Shown: positions 47,739 through 57,053 of the stretch, one piece after another
How positions within the stretch are numbered: position 1 is the first letter of the stretch
Layout of the letters: every line of letters begins with the position of its first letter
NCBI GenBank assembly: GCA_050949505.1
Contig: JBMNFV010000001.1
Coordinates: 445,625 to 509,624, forward strand
From: Patescibacteria group bacterium
Lineage (GTDB): Bacteria > Patescibacteriota > Patescibacteriia > Patescibacteriales > UBA12465
Length of the DNA: 64,000 nucleotides
Direction of reading: 5' to 3'
The notes under the pieces: model-generated
What the model was told of the DNA's origin: nothing
The model's database searches: none
The model's input: only the letters and a program-made list of their open reading frames with translations
Translations under genes and position numbers: made by a program

Positions 47739-49220
47739 ATGTCAACTAAGGCCACCTGGCTGACAATTAGTTCTTATTTAGCCTTATTTCTTAGTCTAGA
47801 GATATTGTCTTACCTAGCTCTCTTTAATCCCTGGATTCAAGTTCTAAGTTTAAGTATCTTAAGTTTGGCGACCCTGATACTTAGTTGGCAACGCTTAGAA
47901 TTTGGACTACTTATTTTAGTGGCGGAACTACTAATTGGCTCCATGGGGCGTTTGCTGGCGATAGAGCTGCTAGGGTTTAGTCTTTCACTAAGAATGATCC
48001 TCTGGTTAATAGTGATGCTGGTATTTTTAGGGAAAGTTATTAAAGAGTTTAGCTCAAAGCCTCAGCGTTTAGCCTTAATAGCTCGGTTTAGAACCTTCAC
48101 TTTTAGAAAATACTTTTTAATTATCTTCGCTTTTATTGCCTGGGGACTGCTAAGAGGGCTAATAGGTGGTAATGAATTGTCATTAATTTTTAGTGATGCT
48201 AATGCTTGGCTATATTATCTACTTATTTTCCCAGTAATTTATGTCTATCACTCAGTTAGTCAGGAGCAATTAGCTAACCTGGCTAAGGTGGTTTTAGCAG
48301 GGCTAATTTGGTTAGGACTTAAAACCTTTTTCTTGCTCTATGTCTTTACTCACGACTTAAGTTATAGTAGTGCTGTTTATTATTGGCTAAGAAAAACCTT
48401 AGTGGGCGAGATGACCATGACTCTTAGTGGTTGGCCAAGAATCTTTATTCAAGGACAAATTTTTGCCATCCTCGGCCTACTCTTAGTTTTAAGTCGTCAA
48501 TTAAAAAGGGGTAAGACTTGGCACTGGGGAGAACTGCTTGGTGGAGCGTTAATGATTGGTGTTTTATTAATTAGTTTTTCTCGGAGTTTTTGGCTAGCCC
48601 TAATTGTCACCTTGCTTAGCCTGCTAGTTATCATTTATCAGCAACTGGACTTAAAACGCGCTATCACTACAGCCCTACAAGTGCTAGTGATGGGAATAAT
48701 GGCCTTTGGGCTCCTTTATCTAACTACTGTTTTTCCTTATCCTCACTCCGGTAGCTTTAGCGCTGACTTTGCTGGCCGGGCTAATTTGAGCGACTCTGCG
48801 GAGGCCGCTATTTCCTCTCGTTGGTCCTTATTACCAGTCTTGCTAACTAGTATTAATAAAGCGCCTATTCTTGGCCAAGGCTTTGGGCGCACCATTACTT
48901 ATCAATCAGCTGACCCACGAGTTTTAGAAAAAAACCCAGCCGGAACTTACACTACCTACGCCTTTGAGTGGGGCTATTTAGATCTGTGGCTAAAGTTAGG
49001 GGGGATTTTTTTCTTAACTTATCTCTGGTTTTTATTTAATTTAGCTAAGCAGTCATATTTAAGTCTTAGTTCAGGGTGGCGAGTTTGGCCAGGCGTTATT
49101 TTAGGAGGCCTAATCTTTATTGCCTTCACTAATTTCTTCACTCCCTACCTTAATCATCCTTTGGGAATCGGATTTATTGTCTTTGGGGCTTGTCTTATCT
49201 CTTATTATAGAGTATATTAG
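47739..49220 (+). CDS. O-antigen ligase/polymerase-like (Wzy_C) membrane protein
   Basis: About 12 TM helices with a large periplasmic loop (SFSRSFWLALIV...; GQGFGRTITY) typical of the Wzy_C family. Confidence 0.65.
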   Translation: MSTKATWLTISSYLALFLSLEILSYLALFNPWIQVLSLSILSLATLILSWQRLEFGLLILVAELLIGSMGRLLAIELLGFSLSLRMILWLIVMLVFLGKVIKEFSSKPQRLALIARFRTFTFRKYFLIIFAFIAWGLLRGLIGGNELSLIFSDANAWLYYLLIFPVIYVYHSVSQEQLANLAKVVLAGLIWLGLKTFFLLYVFTHDLSYSSAVYYWLRKTLVGEMTMTLSGWPRIFIQGQIFAILGLLLVLSRQLKRGKTWHWGELLGGALMIGVLLISFSRSFWLALIVTLLSLLVIIYQQLDLKRAITTALQVLVMGIMAFGLLYLTTVFPYPHSGSFSADFAGRANLSDSAEAAISSRWSLLPVLLTSINKAPILGQGFGRTITYQSADPRVLEKNPAGTYTTYAFEWGYLDLWLKLGGIFFLTYLWFLFNLAKQSYLSLSSGWRVWPGVILGGLIFIAFTNFFTPYLNHPLGIGFIVFGACLISYYRVY

Positions 49221-49253
49221 AGATTGTAAAATTAAAATATAACTATAATAATT

Positions 49254-49715
49254 ATGAGTACTGAGCAAATAATCTCCCAGGCGGGCTATGATAAATTAAA
49301 AAAAGAACTAACTCAACTGACCACCGTGAAGCGGAAAGAGATTGCAGAGCGAATTGAGCGAGCTAAAGAGTTGGGGGACTTAAGTGAGAATGCGGAGTAT
49401 AGTGAGGCTAAGGATGCCCAGGCCCTTAATGAGGGTCGGATTCTGGAATTATCTAACGTCCTTAAAAATGTTATTGTTGTTCAGGAGGGAGGCTCAAAAG
49501 ATAAGGTGGTGATGGGCTCTACAGTCTTGGTAAAAACCAAGAATCAAGAAAAGAAATTCACTATTGTTAGTTTCAATGAAGCTGACCCCTTAACTGGAAA
49601 AATCTCCAATGAGTCTCCCTTAGGAGTGGCTTTCTTAGAGAAAAAGAAGGGGGAAGTGGTTGAGGTAGAAACCCCACGTGGTTTAGTGACTTATAAAATT
49701 CTTAAAATAGAGTAA
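49254..49715 (+). CDS. greA: transcription elongation factor GreA
   Basis: Coiled-coil N-domain with DLSENAEY and an FKBP-like C-domain. Confidence 0.9.
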   Translation: MSTEQIISQAGYDKLKKELTQLTTVKRKEIAERIERAKELGDLSENAEYSEAKDAQALNEGRILELSNVLKNVIVVQEGGSKDKVVMGSTVLVKTKNQEKKFTIVSFNEADPLTGKISNESPLGVAFLEKKKGEVVEVETPRGLVTYKILKIE

Positions 49716-49722
49716 CCAACTT

Positions 49723-51204
49723 ATGGTCAATTCTCAGGACACCAACAAACTAGGAGAACGAGAAGAGCGCTTAAAGAAACTAGCTAAGTTAAAGGAGTTA
49801 GGGATAAACCCTTATCCAGCTCAAGTGAAACGAGAGGAGCTAGTAGAGCAGGTAATAGCTAACTTCCAGGACTTGTTAGCTAGTCAACAGGTTGTCTATT
49901 TGGCTGGTCGCTTACGCTCTAAACGAACCCATGGCAACCTCACCTTTGCTGACCTGGAAGACAAAAGCGGTCAATTACAATTAGCCTTTTCTAAGAAAGA
50001 ATTAGGAGCGGAGGCTTATAAAAACTTTGTTAAATTAATTGATGCGGCTGACTTTATTCAAGTGTCCGGAGTCGCTTTCTTAACTAATAGCGGTGAGCAG
50101 AGCTTGTTAATAAAAGATTGGCAGCTCCTTACTAAATCTCTTAGGCCGATTCCTGACTCTTGGTATGGTCTAAAAGATGAAGAAGAACGCTTAAGGAAGC
50201 GTTACCTAGATCTATTGCTAAACCCAGAGTCACGAGAAATATTCTACAAAAAAGCTTTGTTTTGGGAGGTGACTAGAGACTTTTTAAAGCGTCATGGCTT
50301 TTTTGAGGTAGAAACTCCCACCCTAGAGGTCACTACCGGAGGGGCGGAGGCTAATCCTTTTAAAACCCATCATGATGACTATGACTTGCCGGTCTATCTC
50401 CGAATATCAGTAGGCGAGCTATGGCAAAAACGTCTAATGGCCGCGGGCTTTGAAAAGACTTTTGAAATTGGTCGCACTTATCGCAATGAAGGAAGCAGTC
50501 CGGAACATTTGCAAGAATTTACTAACCTAGAATTCTATTGGGCTTATGCTAACTATCAGCAAGGCATGAAGCTAGCCCAAGATCTATATCAAGAGTTAGC
50601 TACTAAGGTTTTTGGCACTACTAAATTTAAAACTAAGGAATTTGAGTATGACCTAGCCGGAGACTGGCCACAAATAGACTACCGAGAGATAATCAAGGAA
50701 AAAACAGGAGTAGATGTTTTAACCGCCAAAACAACTGAGCTGGAGGTTAAGCTACAAGAACTAAAGGTGAAGTATGAGGGTAATAACCGGGAACGATTAA
50801 CTGACACCCTTTGGAAATATTGTCGGCGAACAATTGCTGGCCCAGTCTTTTTAATCAATCACCCTAAGTTAGTTAGCCCCCTAGCTAAAGCCAAGGAGGA
50901 TAATCCTGAGCTAACCGAACGCTTTCAAATTATTATCGCTGGCTCTGAGGTAGGCAATGGTTTTTCTGAACTTAATGACCCCCTTGATCAAGCCGATAGA
51001 TTTGCTAAGCAACAGAAATTACTAGATCGGGGTGATAAAGAAGCGATGATACCAGATTGGGAATTTGTAGAGATGTTAGAGCACGGCATCCCCCCTACCT
51101 GTGGCTTTGGTTTTGGTGAAAGACTATTTTCCTTTATGTGCAATAAGTCAGTGAGAGAAACAACCCTCTTTCCTCTGTTAAGACCTAAAAGGGAAGAGAA
51201 ATAA
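49723..51204 (+). CDS. lysS: lysine--tRNA ligase (class II)
   Basis: OB-fold anticodon-binding N-domain, and class II motifs (FEIGRTYRNEG...HLQEFTNLEFYWAY, ...GFGFGERL). Confidence 0.95.
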   Translation: MVNSQDTNKLGEREERLKKLAKLKELGINPYPAQVKREELVEQVIANFQDLLASQQVVYLAGRLRSKRTHGNLTFADLEDKSGQLQLAFSKKELGAEAYKNFVKLIDAADFIQVSGVAFLTNSGEQSLLIKDWQLLTKSLRPIPDSWYGLKDEEERLRKRYLDLLLNPESREIFYKKALFWEVTRDFLKRHGFFEVETPTLEVTTGGAEANPFKTHHDDYDLPVYLRISVGELWQKRLMAAGFEKTFEIGRTYRNEGSSPEHLQEFTNLEFYWAYANYQQGMKLAQDLYQELATKVFGTTKFKTKEFEYDLAGDWPQIDYREIIKEKTGVDVLTAKTTELEVKLQELKVKYEGNNRERLTDTLWKYCRRTIAGPVFLINHPKLVSPLAKAKEDNPELTERFQIIIAGSEVGNGFSELNDPLDQADRFAKQQKLLDRGDKEAMIPDWEFVEMLEHGIPPTCGFGFGERLFSFMCNKSVRETTLFPLLRPKREEK

Positions 51205-51208
51205 GAAT

Positions 51209-51282
51209 TCGGGGATCGTCTAATGGTAGGACAGCAGGTTCTGGTCCTGTTAATCTGGGTTCGAATCCTAGTCCCCGAGCCA
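51209..51282 (+). tRNA. tRNA-Gln (anticodon CTG), CCA encoded
   Basis: TCGGGGATCGTCTAATGGTAGGACAGCAGGTTCTGGTCCTGTTAATCTGGGTTCGAATCCTAGTCCCCGAGCCA. U1-A72 as in bacterial tRNA-Gln, anticodon loop TTCTGGT. Starts 4 nt after the lysS stop. Confidence 0.85.
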
Positions 51283-51289
51283 GATATAA

Positions 51290-51317
51290 AATAGGCCAAT
51301 ATAGGCCTATTTTTATT
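51290..51317 (+). terminator. terminator after tRNA-Gln
   Basis: aataggcc-aatata-ggcctatt followed by TTTTATT. Confidence 0.55.
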
Positions 51318-51512
51318 ATTCTATTGACAAAATAGATTAAACATGATATAATGTAATCATAGTAATTGAGCACGACCTTTAACAAATAAATTAACATGTA
51401 ATAATTACTAGCTCTGCTAATTTGTTAGTTGGACTAGTAATTATTATATGTTTAATTTAAAAAAGGAGATCTCTAGTGAGACCGGCAACGGGGTAAGCTA
51501 GGGAAGAAAAGA

Positions 51513-51917
51513 ATGAAAACAAATATAAATTATTTGATTGAAAGTAATCCAAGTGGAGTAATGGACATAAAAAATCCTCTAACAGTAGCCGAATATTGTG
51601 ACAACTTTGGCTTTGGATTAAAGAATAAGTTTACTATTTTTAAAACCAAGGAACTAACTTTTGATAGAAAAGAAGACTGGTTTGCTCATGGGAAGAAAAA
51701 CCTAAAAGACTTGTTCACTGTAGAAAGTAAGTCTGATGGTTTGTTGGTGGTTTTTATAATAGAAACCATGAAGGCTGGTAAAATTCGTTGTCAGTTAATA
51801 CTGACAACTGAGGCTTATCAAAAAATAGTGGACGACAAAACTTCTAAAATAATTCAAGTGCATCAAATGTACAAGGAATTTTTTAGAGACCATATTTCCT
51901 TAAATATGGAAACATAA
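51513..51917 (+). CDS. hypothetical protein (134 aa, no recognised domain)
   Basis: ORF with a GGAGA-like SD (aaaaaggagatc further upstream) and its own terminator. Lies in the AT-rich islet next to tRNA-Gln. Confidence 0.5.
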   Translation: MKTNINYLIESNPSGVMDIKNPLTVAEYCDNFGFGLKNKFTIFKTKELTFDRKEDWFAHGKKNLKDLFTVESKSDGLLVVFIIETMKAGKIRCQLILTTEAYQKIVDDKTSKIIQVHQMYKEFFRDHISLNMET

Positions 51918-51935
51918 CAACGAAGCATAAAATTA

Positions 51936-51966
51936 ATCCCCCTTTTAACTAGGGGGATTTTTTATT
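51936..51966 (+). terminator. rho-independent terminator
   Basis: atccccc-ttttaacta-gggggat followed by TTTTTTATTT. Confidence 0.55.
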
Positions 51967-52110
51967 TCTTAAATTTACAATTACTTGCGCTACTAATTAT
52001 TGGTAATAGTTTAGCTATTTTGACGTAAAGGTATTTAAAATATGGTCACTTAATGTTATAGTAAGGATAATGAATAAGAAGGGGCGCGCTAAGTGGTAAG
52101 GCATTTGTAA

Positions 52111-52123
52111 GCTGCATCAATTA
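52111..52123. repeat. direct repeat GCTGCA(T/G)CAATTA, copy 1 (candidate operator half-site)
   Basis: gctgcatcaatta. Copy 2 gctgcagcaatta lies at 52195-52207, abutting the -10 element. A third partial copy atgcagcaaata is at 52174-52185. Confidence 0.45.
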
Positions 52124-52194
52124 TTTAAATATATGGAATTAACAGAAAAAGAATCAACTAGAATAATTACAAAATGCAGCAAATAGACCTTTTA

Positions 52195-52208
52195 GCTGCA
52201 GCAATTAA
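52195..52208. repeat. direct repeat GCTGCAGCAATTA, copy 2, abutting the promoter -10
   Basis: See copy 1. Ends 2 nt before TGCTATAAT. Confidence 0.45.
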
Positions 52209-52209
52209 C

Positions 52210-52218
52210 TGCTATAAT
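52210..52218 (+). promoter_or_regulatory. extended -10 TGCTATAAT only 7 nt upstream of ATG 52226 (predicted leaderless mRNA)
   Basis: Spacing puts the TSS at or next to the start codon. There is no room for an SD. Confidence 0.4.
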
Positions 52219-52225
52219 AAAAATT

Positions 52226-52489
52226 ATGAGTAATACAAAGAGGCAGCAAAATATCATTAACTATATTCAGAGCAAGGGTAAGGTGGCCAATGCCGAGATT
52301 TTAGATTTTCTTGATAATACTATTGAAAGAACCACCCTACAAAGAGACTTAAACCTTCTGTTAAAAAAAGGCCTGATTACAAAATCCGGCTCAGGCAGAA
52401 GCACCGCTTATTCCATTTCAAAAATAAATAAAATATCTCTACCAATTAATATAGAGGAATATTTTAATACTCCATATTATTTTAAATAA
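52226..52489 (+). CDS. small winged-helix DNA-binding protein (DeoR/Fic-associated wHTH-like)
   Basis: 87 aa. NIINYIQSKGKVANAEILDFLDNTIERTTLQRDLNLLLKKGLITKSGSGRSTAYSI has the wHTH pattern and resembles the C-terminal wHTH of the Fic protein at 30276. Confidence 0.55.
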   Translation: MSNTKRQQNIINYIQSKGKVANAEILDFLDNTIERTTLQRDLNLLLKKGLITKSGSGRSTAYSISKINKISLPINIEEYFNTPYYFK

Positions 52490-52507
52490 ATTAAGTTATA
52501 AAAATAT

Positions 52508-52744
52508 ATGATAGAACAATTCATTATAGAAAATACCTGGATCATTTATGTCGCTGTCCTCTGGGTCTTGCCCTGGAAAGGGGTAGCACTTTGGCGGGCG
52601 AGCAAGAATAATCATAGAAATTGGTTTATATTTATTTTAGTGCTTAACACTTTAGCTATTTTAGAAATTATCTATATCTTCTTTTTTAGCAAACGAAAGA
52701 AAACTAATTTTATACAGAGGATCGCTAAAACTCTAAGAAGGTAA
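52508..52744 (+). CDS. small two-TM membrane protein (hypothetical)
   Basis: 78 aa. TM1 WIIYVAVLWVLPW, a basic loop, TM2 WFIFILVLNTLAILEIIYIFFF, and a basic C-terminus. Confidence 0.5.
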   Translation: MIEQFIIENTWIIYVAVLWVLPWKGVALWRASKNNHRNWFIFILVLNTLAILEIIYIFFFSKRKKTNFIQRIAKTLRR

Positions 52745-52790
52745 GCAGGTTTTAATAGGTAATTTTAAATTATTATAATTAAAAAAATAT

Positions 52791-53486
52791 ATGATACTCA
52801 CTTTAGAAAAAAGAATCATTGAAGCTCCGGGGGTAGAGACCTTTGTTTTTAGATCGGATTCACCCCTTAGTTGGCAAGCGGGGCAATTTATTCACTACGT
52901 TCTTAGCCATGAACCAGCTGATAATCGTGGCGCTGATCGTTGGTTTACCATTTCTACGGCTCCTTATGAGGAAAAGATAGCCCTTACTACTAGATTTGAC
53001 TCAGAGCGCAGTAGTAGCTTTAAAAGTCAGTTAATAAAACTTGAGGCGGGAGAAACTATTTTAGCCAAAGAGATTGGGGGAGGATTTTTGTTTGCTTCTG
53101 AGCAGGCCGAGCAGCACCATGTTTTTATCGCGGGAGGAATTGGGATCACTCCTTATCGGTCTATCTTGAAACAATTAGCCCATGAAGATAAGCAGCCTGA
53201 AATTACCTTAATTTATGCTAACCGTGATCAAAACTTCGTTTACCAAGTAGAATTAGAGCAATTAGCAGAGACTAATCCTAATTTAAAAATTCATTATCTA
53301 GCTGACCCGGAGCGCTTGAGTCTAACTAAAATTCAAGAATTAGTTCCTGACCTAAATTCAGCGATTGTCTATATTTCTGGTCCCAAAGGGCTAGTGAAGA
53401 CTTTAGAAAAAGATTTGCGCGAAGCGGGAGTTAGGGAGGATAACTTAAGACAAGACGGATTTCCTGGCTATCCAGAGGGTTACTAG
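52791..53486 (+). CDS. ferredoxin-NADP reductase-type FAD/NAD(P)-binding oxidoreductase (no Fe-S domain)
   Basis: FAD-binding RxFT motif (RWFTIS), NAD-binding HHVFIAGGIGITPYRS. 231 aa, two-domain FNR fold only. Confidence 0.75.
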   Translation: MILTLEKRIIEAPGVETFVFRSDSPLSWQAGQFIHYVLSHEPADNRGADRWFTISTAPYEEKIALTTRFDSERSSSFKSQLIKLEAGETILAKEIGGGFLFASEQAEQHHVFIAGGIGITPYRSILKQLAHEDKQPEITLIYANRDQNFVYQVELEQLAETNPNLKIHYLADPERLSLTKIQELVPDLNSAIVYISGPKGLVKTLEKDLREAGVREDNLRQDGFPGYPEGY

Positions 53487-53511
53487 TCATTAAGATTAGA
53501 TTTTATTTTAT

Positions 53512-53545
53512 AAAAAAACCGTTATTTTAGTAACGGTTTTTAAAT
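53512..53545. terminator. bidirectional hairpin terminator
   Basis: aaaccgtta-ttttag-taacggttt perfect 9-bp stem with A/T runs on both sides. Confidence 0.55.
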
Positions 53546-53761
53546 AGATCGAGATAAATAATTAGCTACCACTCGGACAGCAATATTATAAACCTCTTGG
53601 GGTTCCATTAGTCTGGTATCCATAGTCTTGTCTAGTTCGGCTCGGAAATCCACTAAGGTTTCCGGGAGATGCTTTCTGGATACGGTGGTCATTAAATAAC
53701 TTTGATGTCTATTATAATGATCGTGCAAACATCTCTGAGCCATCCTTATTAGAATATTCAT
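53540..53761 (-). CDS. doubtful small ORF (73 aa) between the FNR-like and trmH genes
   Basis: No motif recognised. The region contains clustered TAGTCT repeats (53600-53640: tagtctggtatccatagtcttgtctagtt) like the intergenic regulatory motif, so it may be non-coding. Confidence 0.3.
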   Translation of the reverse strand: MNILIRMAQRCLHDHYNRHQSYLMTTVSRKHLPETLVDFRAELDKTMDTRLMEPQEVYNIAVRVVANYLSRSI

Positions 53762-53918
53762 GATGACAGATTTTTAAAGTTCTGCTCCTTTCTTATCATT
53801 TATTATCAAAAAAGTCAAGATTAATAAAATTAAGCCTAGTCTAACTCCTTGTTATTATTGATAAATTATGATACCATGCTAGCAATAATTCTTTTACTAT
53901 TTAATTAGTTTTCAGACC

Positions 53919-54476
53919 ATGGCGAGGACTTTAAATTCAGCTAAACTAAGAAGGATAGACCCTAAGCAGGCCAAGGCTATTAGTCAAGAGGTCAAGCGTA
54001 ATCCCATTTATTTAGTGATTAATGATATTTTAGACACCTATAACATTGGGGGTTTTTTTCGGTTAGCAGATGCAATTGCGGTAGAGAAGGTTTATCTTTG
54101 CGGACGATCAGCTACACCCCCTAATCCTCGTATTGTTAAAGCTTCGGTCGGTGCTTACAAGTTAGTGCCTTGGGAGTATAAAGAGACTTTTCAAGAGGTA
54201 GTAGCAGAACTAAGACAAGTGCCTGGCATACAAATAGTTGGTATAGAGCAAAGTGAGCATTCCCAAGATTATCGGAAAATTAACTATCGCTTTCCGCTAG
54301 CCTTTGTGCTGGGAAATGAAACCAAGGGCCTAAGCCAAGCAGATTTAAAACTAATTGATCAAGTGGCAGAAATTCCGATGTATGGGGTTAATAAGTCACT
54401 TAATGTTATGATTGCGGCGGGAGTAGTTATTTTTAGAGCTTTACACGCTCCTAGGCGCTTTAAGTTATTAAAATAA
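53919..54476 (+). CDS. SpoU/TrmH family RNA 2'-O-methyltransferase (SPOUT)
   Basis: LVINDILDTYNIGGFFRLADA...LAFVLGNETKGLS...NVMIAAGVVIF, SPOUT motifs 1-3. Confidence 0.8.
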   Translation: MARTLNSAKLRRIDPKQAKAISQEVKRNPIYLVINDILDTYNIGGFFRLADAIAVEKVYLCGRSATPPNPRIVKASVGAYKLVPWEYKETFQEVVAELRQVPGIQIVGIEQSEHSQDYRKINYRFPLAFVLGNETKGLSQADLKLIDQVAEIPMYGVNKSLNVMIAAGVVIFRALHAPRRFKLLK

Positions 54477-54482
54477 GGATAT

Positions 54483-55427
54483 ATGAGGCCACGCTTTAAG
54501 TTATTGATAATCTCCACATTAATAATAGTTAGCTTAATAATTATTATTATTTTTAGTTTGCCAAGCCGTTCTCTTAATAAAACTTCAGCACAATTACAGA
54601 TAGTCACTACTTTATTTCCCTTAGCCGATATTGCTCAAAATATAGGCGGGGAAGAGGTGACGGTCTTAAGACTACTTAAACCTGGATTGGATGCTCACAC
54701 TTATGAACCTAGCCCCTTAGATTTTCAAAAGATTAATCAAGCCGATATTTTTATCTACACCGGACCCTTTATGGAGCCTTGGGCAGAAAAAATTATTCAA
54801 AGCCTTAATAACCCTGAATTGCTAGTAATTAATGCTAGTGAGGGAGTTAACTTCCTGGACGCTACTGGAGAATTAAACACTGAGTCCGACCATCAGGGCC
54901 TAGACCCTCACGTTTGGCTGGACCTAGGAAATTTAGAAGTGATGGCTAAAAATATCGGAGAGGGAATTAAGTTAAAACTGTCCTCTGAAGAAGAGGCAAT
55001 AGCAGTTCGTCAGAATGACTATTTGTCACAAATTAGAGAGCTAGACGAACACTACCAGTCAGAGCTCGCTAATTGTCGGCACCGGCAATTTATCTATAGT
55101 GGTCATTATGCCTTCGCCTATCTTAGTCAGCGCTATAATTTAAGTTATCAATCACTCTACGGCTTGTCACCTGATGCTGAGCCTAGTGCTGCTCAGGTAA
55201 TTGAGTTTATTAATAAAATAAAGGAAGCGGAGGTAAATTATATTTTCTTTGAAGAATTGTTAAATCCCCGTCTAACTGACACCTTGAAAAAAGAAACAGG
55301 AATAACTCCACTAGCTCTTAACGATGCTCATAATTTAAAAGCTGATGAATTAGCGGCTGGTAAGTCTTTGCTCGCCGTTTTTCAAGACAACTTAGCAACA
55401 TTAAAACTAGGTTTAGAGTGCTATTAA
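54483..55427 (+). CDS. znuA: metal (Zn/Mn) ABC transporter substrate-binding protein (ZnuA/TroA family)
   Basis: Signal anchor, metal-binding DPHVWLD motif, and a two-lobe cluster-9 SBP layout. Confidence 0.8.
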   Translation: MRPRFKLLIISTLIIVSLIIIIIFSLPSRSLNKTSAQLQIVTTLFPLADIAQNIGGEEVTVLRLLKPGLDAHTYEPSPLDFQKINQADIFIYTGPFMEPWAEKIIQSLNNPELLVINASEGVNFLDATGELNTESDHQGLDPHVWLDLGNLEVMAKNIGEGIKLKLSSEEEAIAVRQNDYLSQIRELDEHYQSELANCRHRQFIYSGHYAFAYLSQRYNLSYQSLYGLSPDAEPSAAQVIEFINKIKEAEVNYIFFEELLNPRLTDTLKKETGITPLALNDAHNLKADELAAGKSLLAVFQDNLATLKLGLECY

Positions 55428-55428
55428 T

Positions 55429-56175
55429 ATGAATAAAATATTGGAGGTAAATAAATTAAGTTTTGCTTACGGCGCGGAGCCAGTCTTTGAGGAATTATCC
55501 TTTACCGTCGCGGCTGGTGACTTTATTGCTCTAGCTGGTCCCAATGGAGCAGGGAAAACTACCTTAGTGCGTTTGATTTTAGGTCTGGAGACCAGGACTA
55601 GTGGGCAAATTAGCCTATTAGGAGAGAGTAGTTCTAAAAAAATACCTTGGAAGCAAATTGGCTACTTAGCTCAAAAGAATAATCTTTTTAATCCCTTGTT
55701 TCCTGCTCGGGTAGAGGAAGTTGTTGGCTTAGGTTTATTAGCGCAAAAGAAATACTTTAAACGTTTAAACTCTAAAGACCAAGAAAGAATAGCGGATGTC
55801 TTAGAGTATTTAAAAATAGACTCCCTAAAGCATAAGTCTATTAATGACTTATCTGGCGGAGAGCAGCAAAAGGTCTTTTTAGCTAGAGCCTTAGTTTCTA
55901 AGCCCAAACTACTAATTATGGATGAGCCGAATACCGCCCTAGACCCGGCTAGTCGCCAAGAATTTTTTGAGATTATTAAATCGCTTAATGACCAAGGGGT
56001 GACTATTATTATGATTACTCATGATACCGCTCAAGCGGGTCTTTATGCTAAGCAATTGCTGTATTTAGATAAAAAGATTGTTTTTTACGGACCCTTTAAA
56101 GACTTTTGTCTCTCTAAAGAAATGGAGCAATACTTTGGACCTTTTTCTCAGCATCTAATTTGTCATCAACACTAA
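55429..56175 (+). CDS. znuC: metal ABC transporter ATP-binding protein
   Basis: Walker A GPNGAGKTT, signature LSGGEQQK, Walker B LLIMDEP. Confidence 0.85.
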   Translation: MNKILEVNKLSFAYGAEPVFEELSFTVAAGDFIALAGPNGAGKTTLVRLILGLETRTSGQISLLGESSSKKIPWKQIGYLAQKNNLFNPLFPARVEEVVGLGLLAQKKYFKRLNSKDQERIADVLEYLKIDSLKHKSINDLSGGEQQKVFLARALVSKPKLLIMDEPNTALDPASRQEFFEIIKSLNDQGVTIIMITHDTAQAGLYAKQLLYLDKKIVFYGPFKDFCLSKEMEQYFGPFSQHLICHQH

Positions 56176-56178
56176 GCT

Positions 56179-56994
56179 ATGAATATTATTGAGCTACTCT
56201 CATTTCAATTCATTCAGAATGCCTATTTAGCTGGCTCATTTATTGCCATTTTGTCAGCTATTTTAGGACTTATTTTAGTACTACGTAAATTATCATTAAT
56301 TGGTGATGGTTTGGCTCATGTTAGCTTTGGGGCTATTGCCTTGGCTCTGTTTCTGGGCATTTATCCAACCTACCTAGCTATCCCCATTGCGATTCTTGCT
56401 TCTTTCTTGATCTCTCAATTAAGCCAGCGGGGCAAGATTCATGGAGATGCGGCGATTGGCATTGTTTCTACCACCGGCATAGCTCTGGGGATAATCTTTG
56501 CTAGCCTAGCCCAAGGCTTTAATATTGATTTGTTTAGCTATTTGTTTGGCAATATTTTAGCAATTAGTTCCACTGAAGTTTATTTAGCAATAGGCTTGTC
56601 ACTGCTAATCATTGGTGCCATCACTTGGTTCTATCACGACCTATTTTCCACCACCTTTGATCGTGAGTATGCGGCGGTGTCAGGAATCAAGACTGCTCGG
56701 ATAGACTTTGTCCTAATGAGTCTAACGGCTATTACCATTGTCTTAGCCATTAAATTGGTCGGAATCATGTTGATCTCCGCCTTGCTGATTCTACCTGCTC
56801 TAAGCTCTTTGCAATTAGCTAAGGGCTTCCTAGAAGCCATCATTATTGCTAGTCTAATTGCTGTTCTAACGGTTCTTATTGGGATCACCTTATCTTTCTA
56901 TGCCAACTTGCCCAGTGGAGCCACGATTGTGATTATTAACCTAGGCTTCTTCCTGGCCTCCCTATTGCTCAGCAAATTTAAGCGCCACTATTAA
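56179..56994 (+). CDS. znuB: metal ABC transporter permease (ABC-3 family)
   Basis: 8 TM helices. Conserved DREYAAVSGI region of ZnuB/TroC-type permeases. Confidence 0.8.
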   Translation: MNIIELLSFQFIQNAYLAGSFIAILSAILGLILVLRKLSLIGDGLAHVSFGAIALALFLGIYPTYLAIPIAILASFLISQLSQRGKIHGDAAIGIVSTTGIALGIIFASLAQGFNIDLFSYLFGNILAISSTEVYLAIGLSLLIIGAITWFYHDLFSTTFDREYAAVSGIKTARIDFVLMSLTAITIVLAIKLVGIMLISALLILPALSSLQLAKGFLEAIIIASLIAVLTVLIGITLSFYANLPSGATIVIINLGFFLASLLLSKFKRHY

Positions 56995-57053
56995 AAAATA
57001 TTTAAGCGTGCTAGTATTTAAGTGTTAGTTATTTAATTAATTATAATCAATTT

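Noticed and set aside
50988-51397. Two minus-strand ORFs (50988-51299, 51185-51397) spanning the lysS 3' end and tRNA-Gln
   Set aside because: They overlap a canonical tRNA and the lysS C-terminus, so they are spurious.
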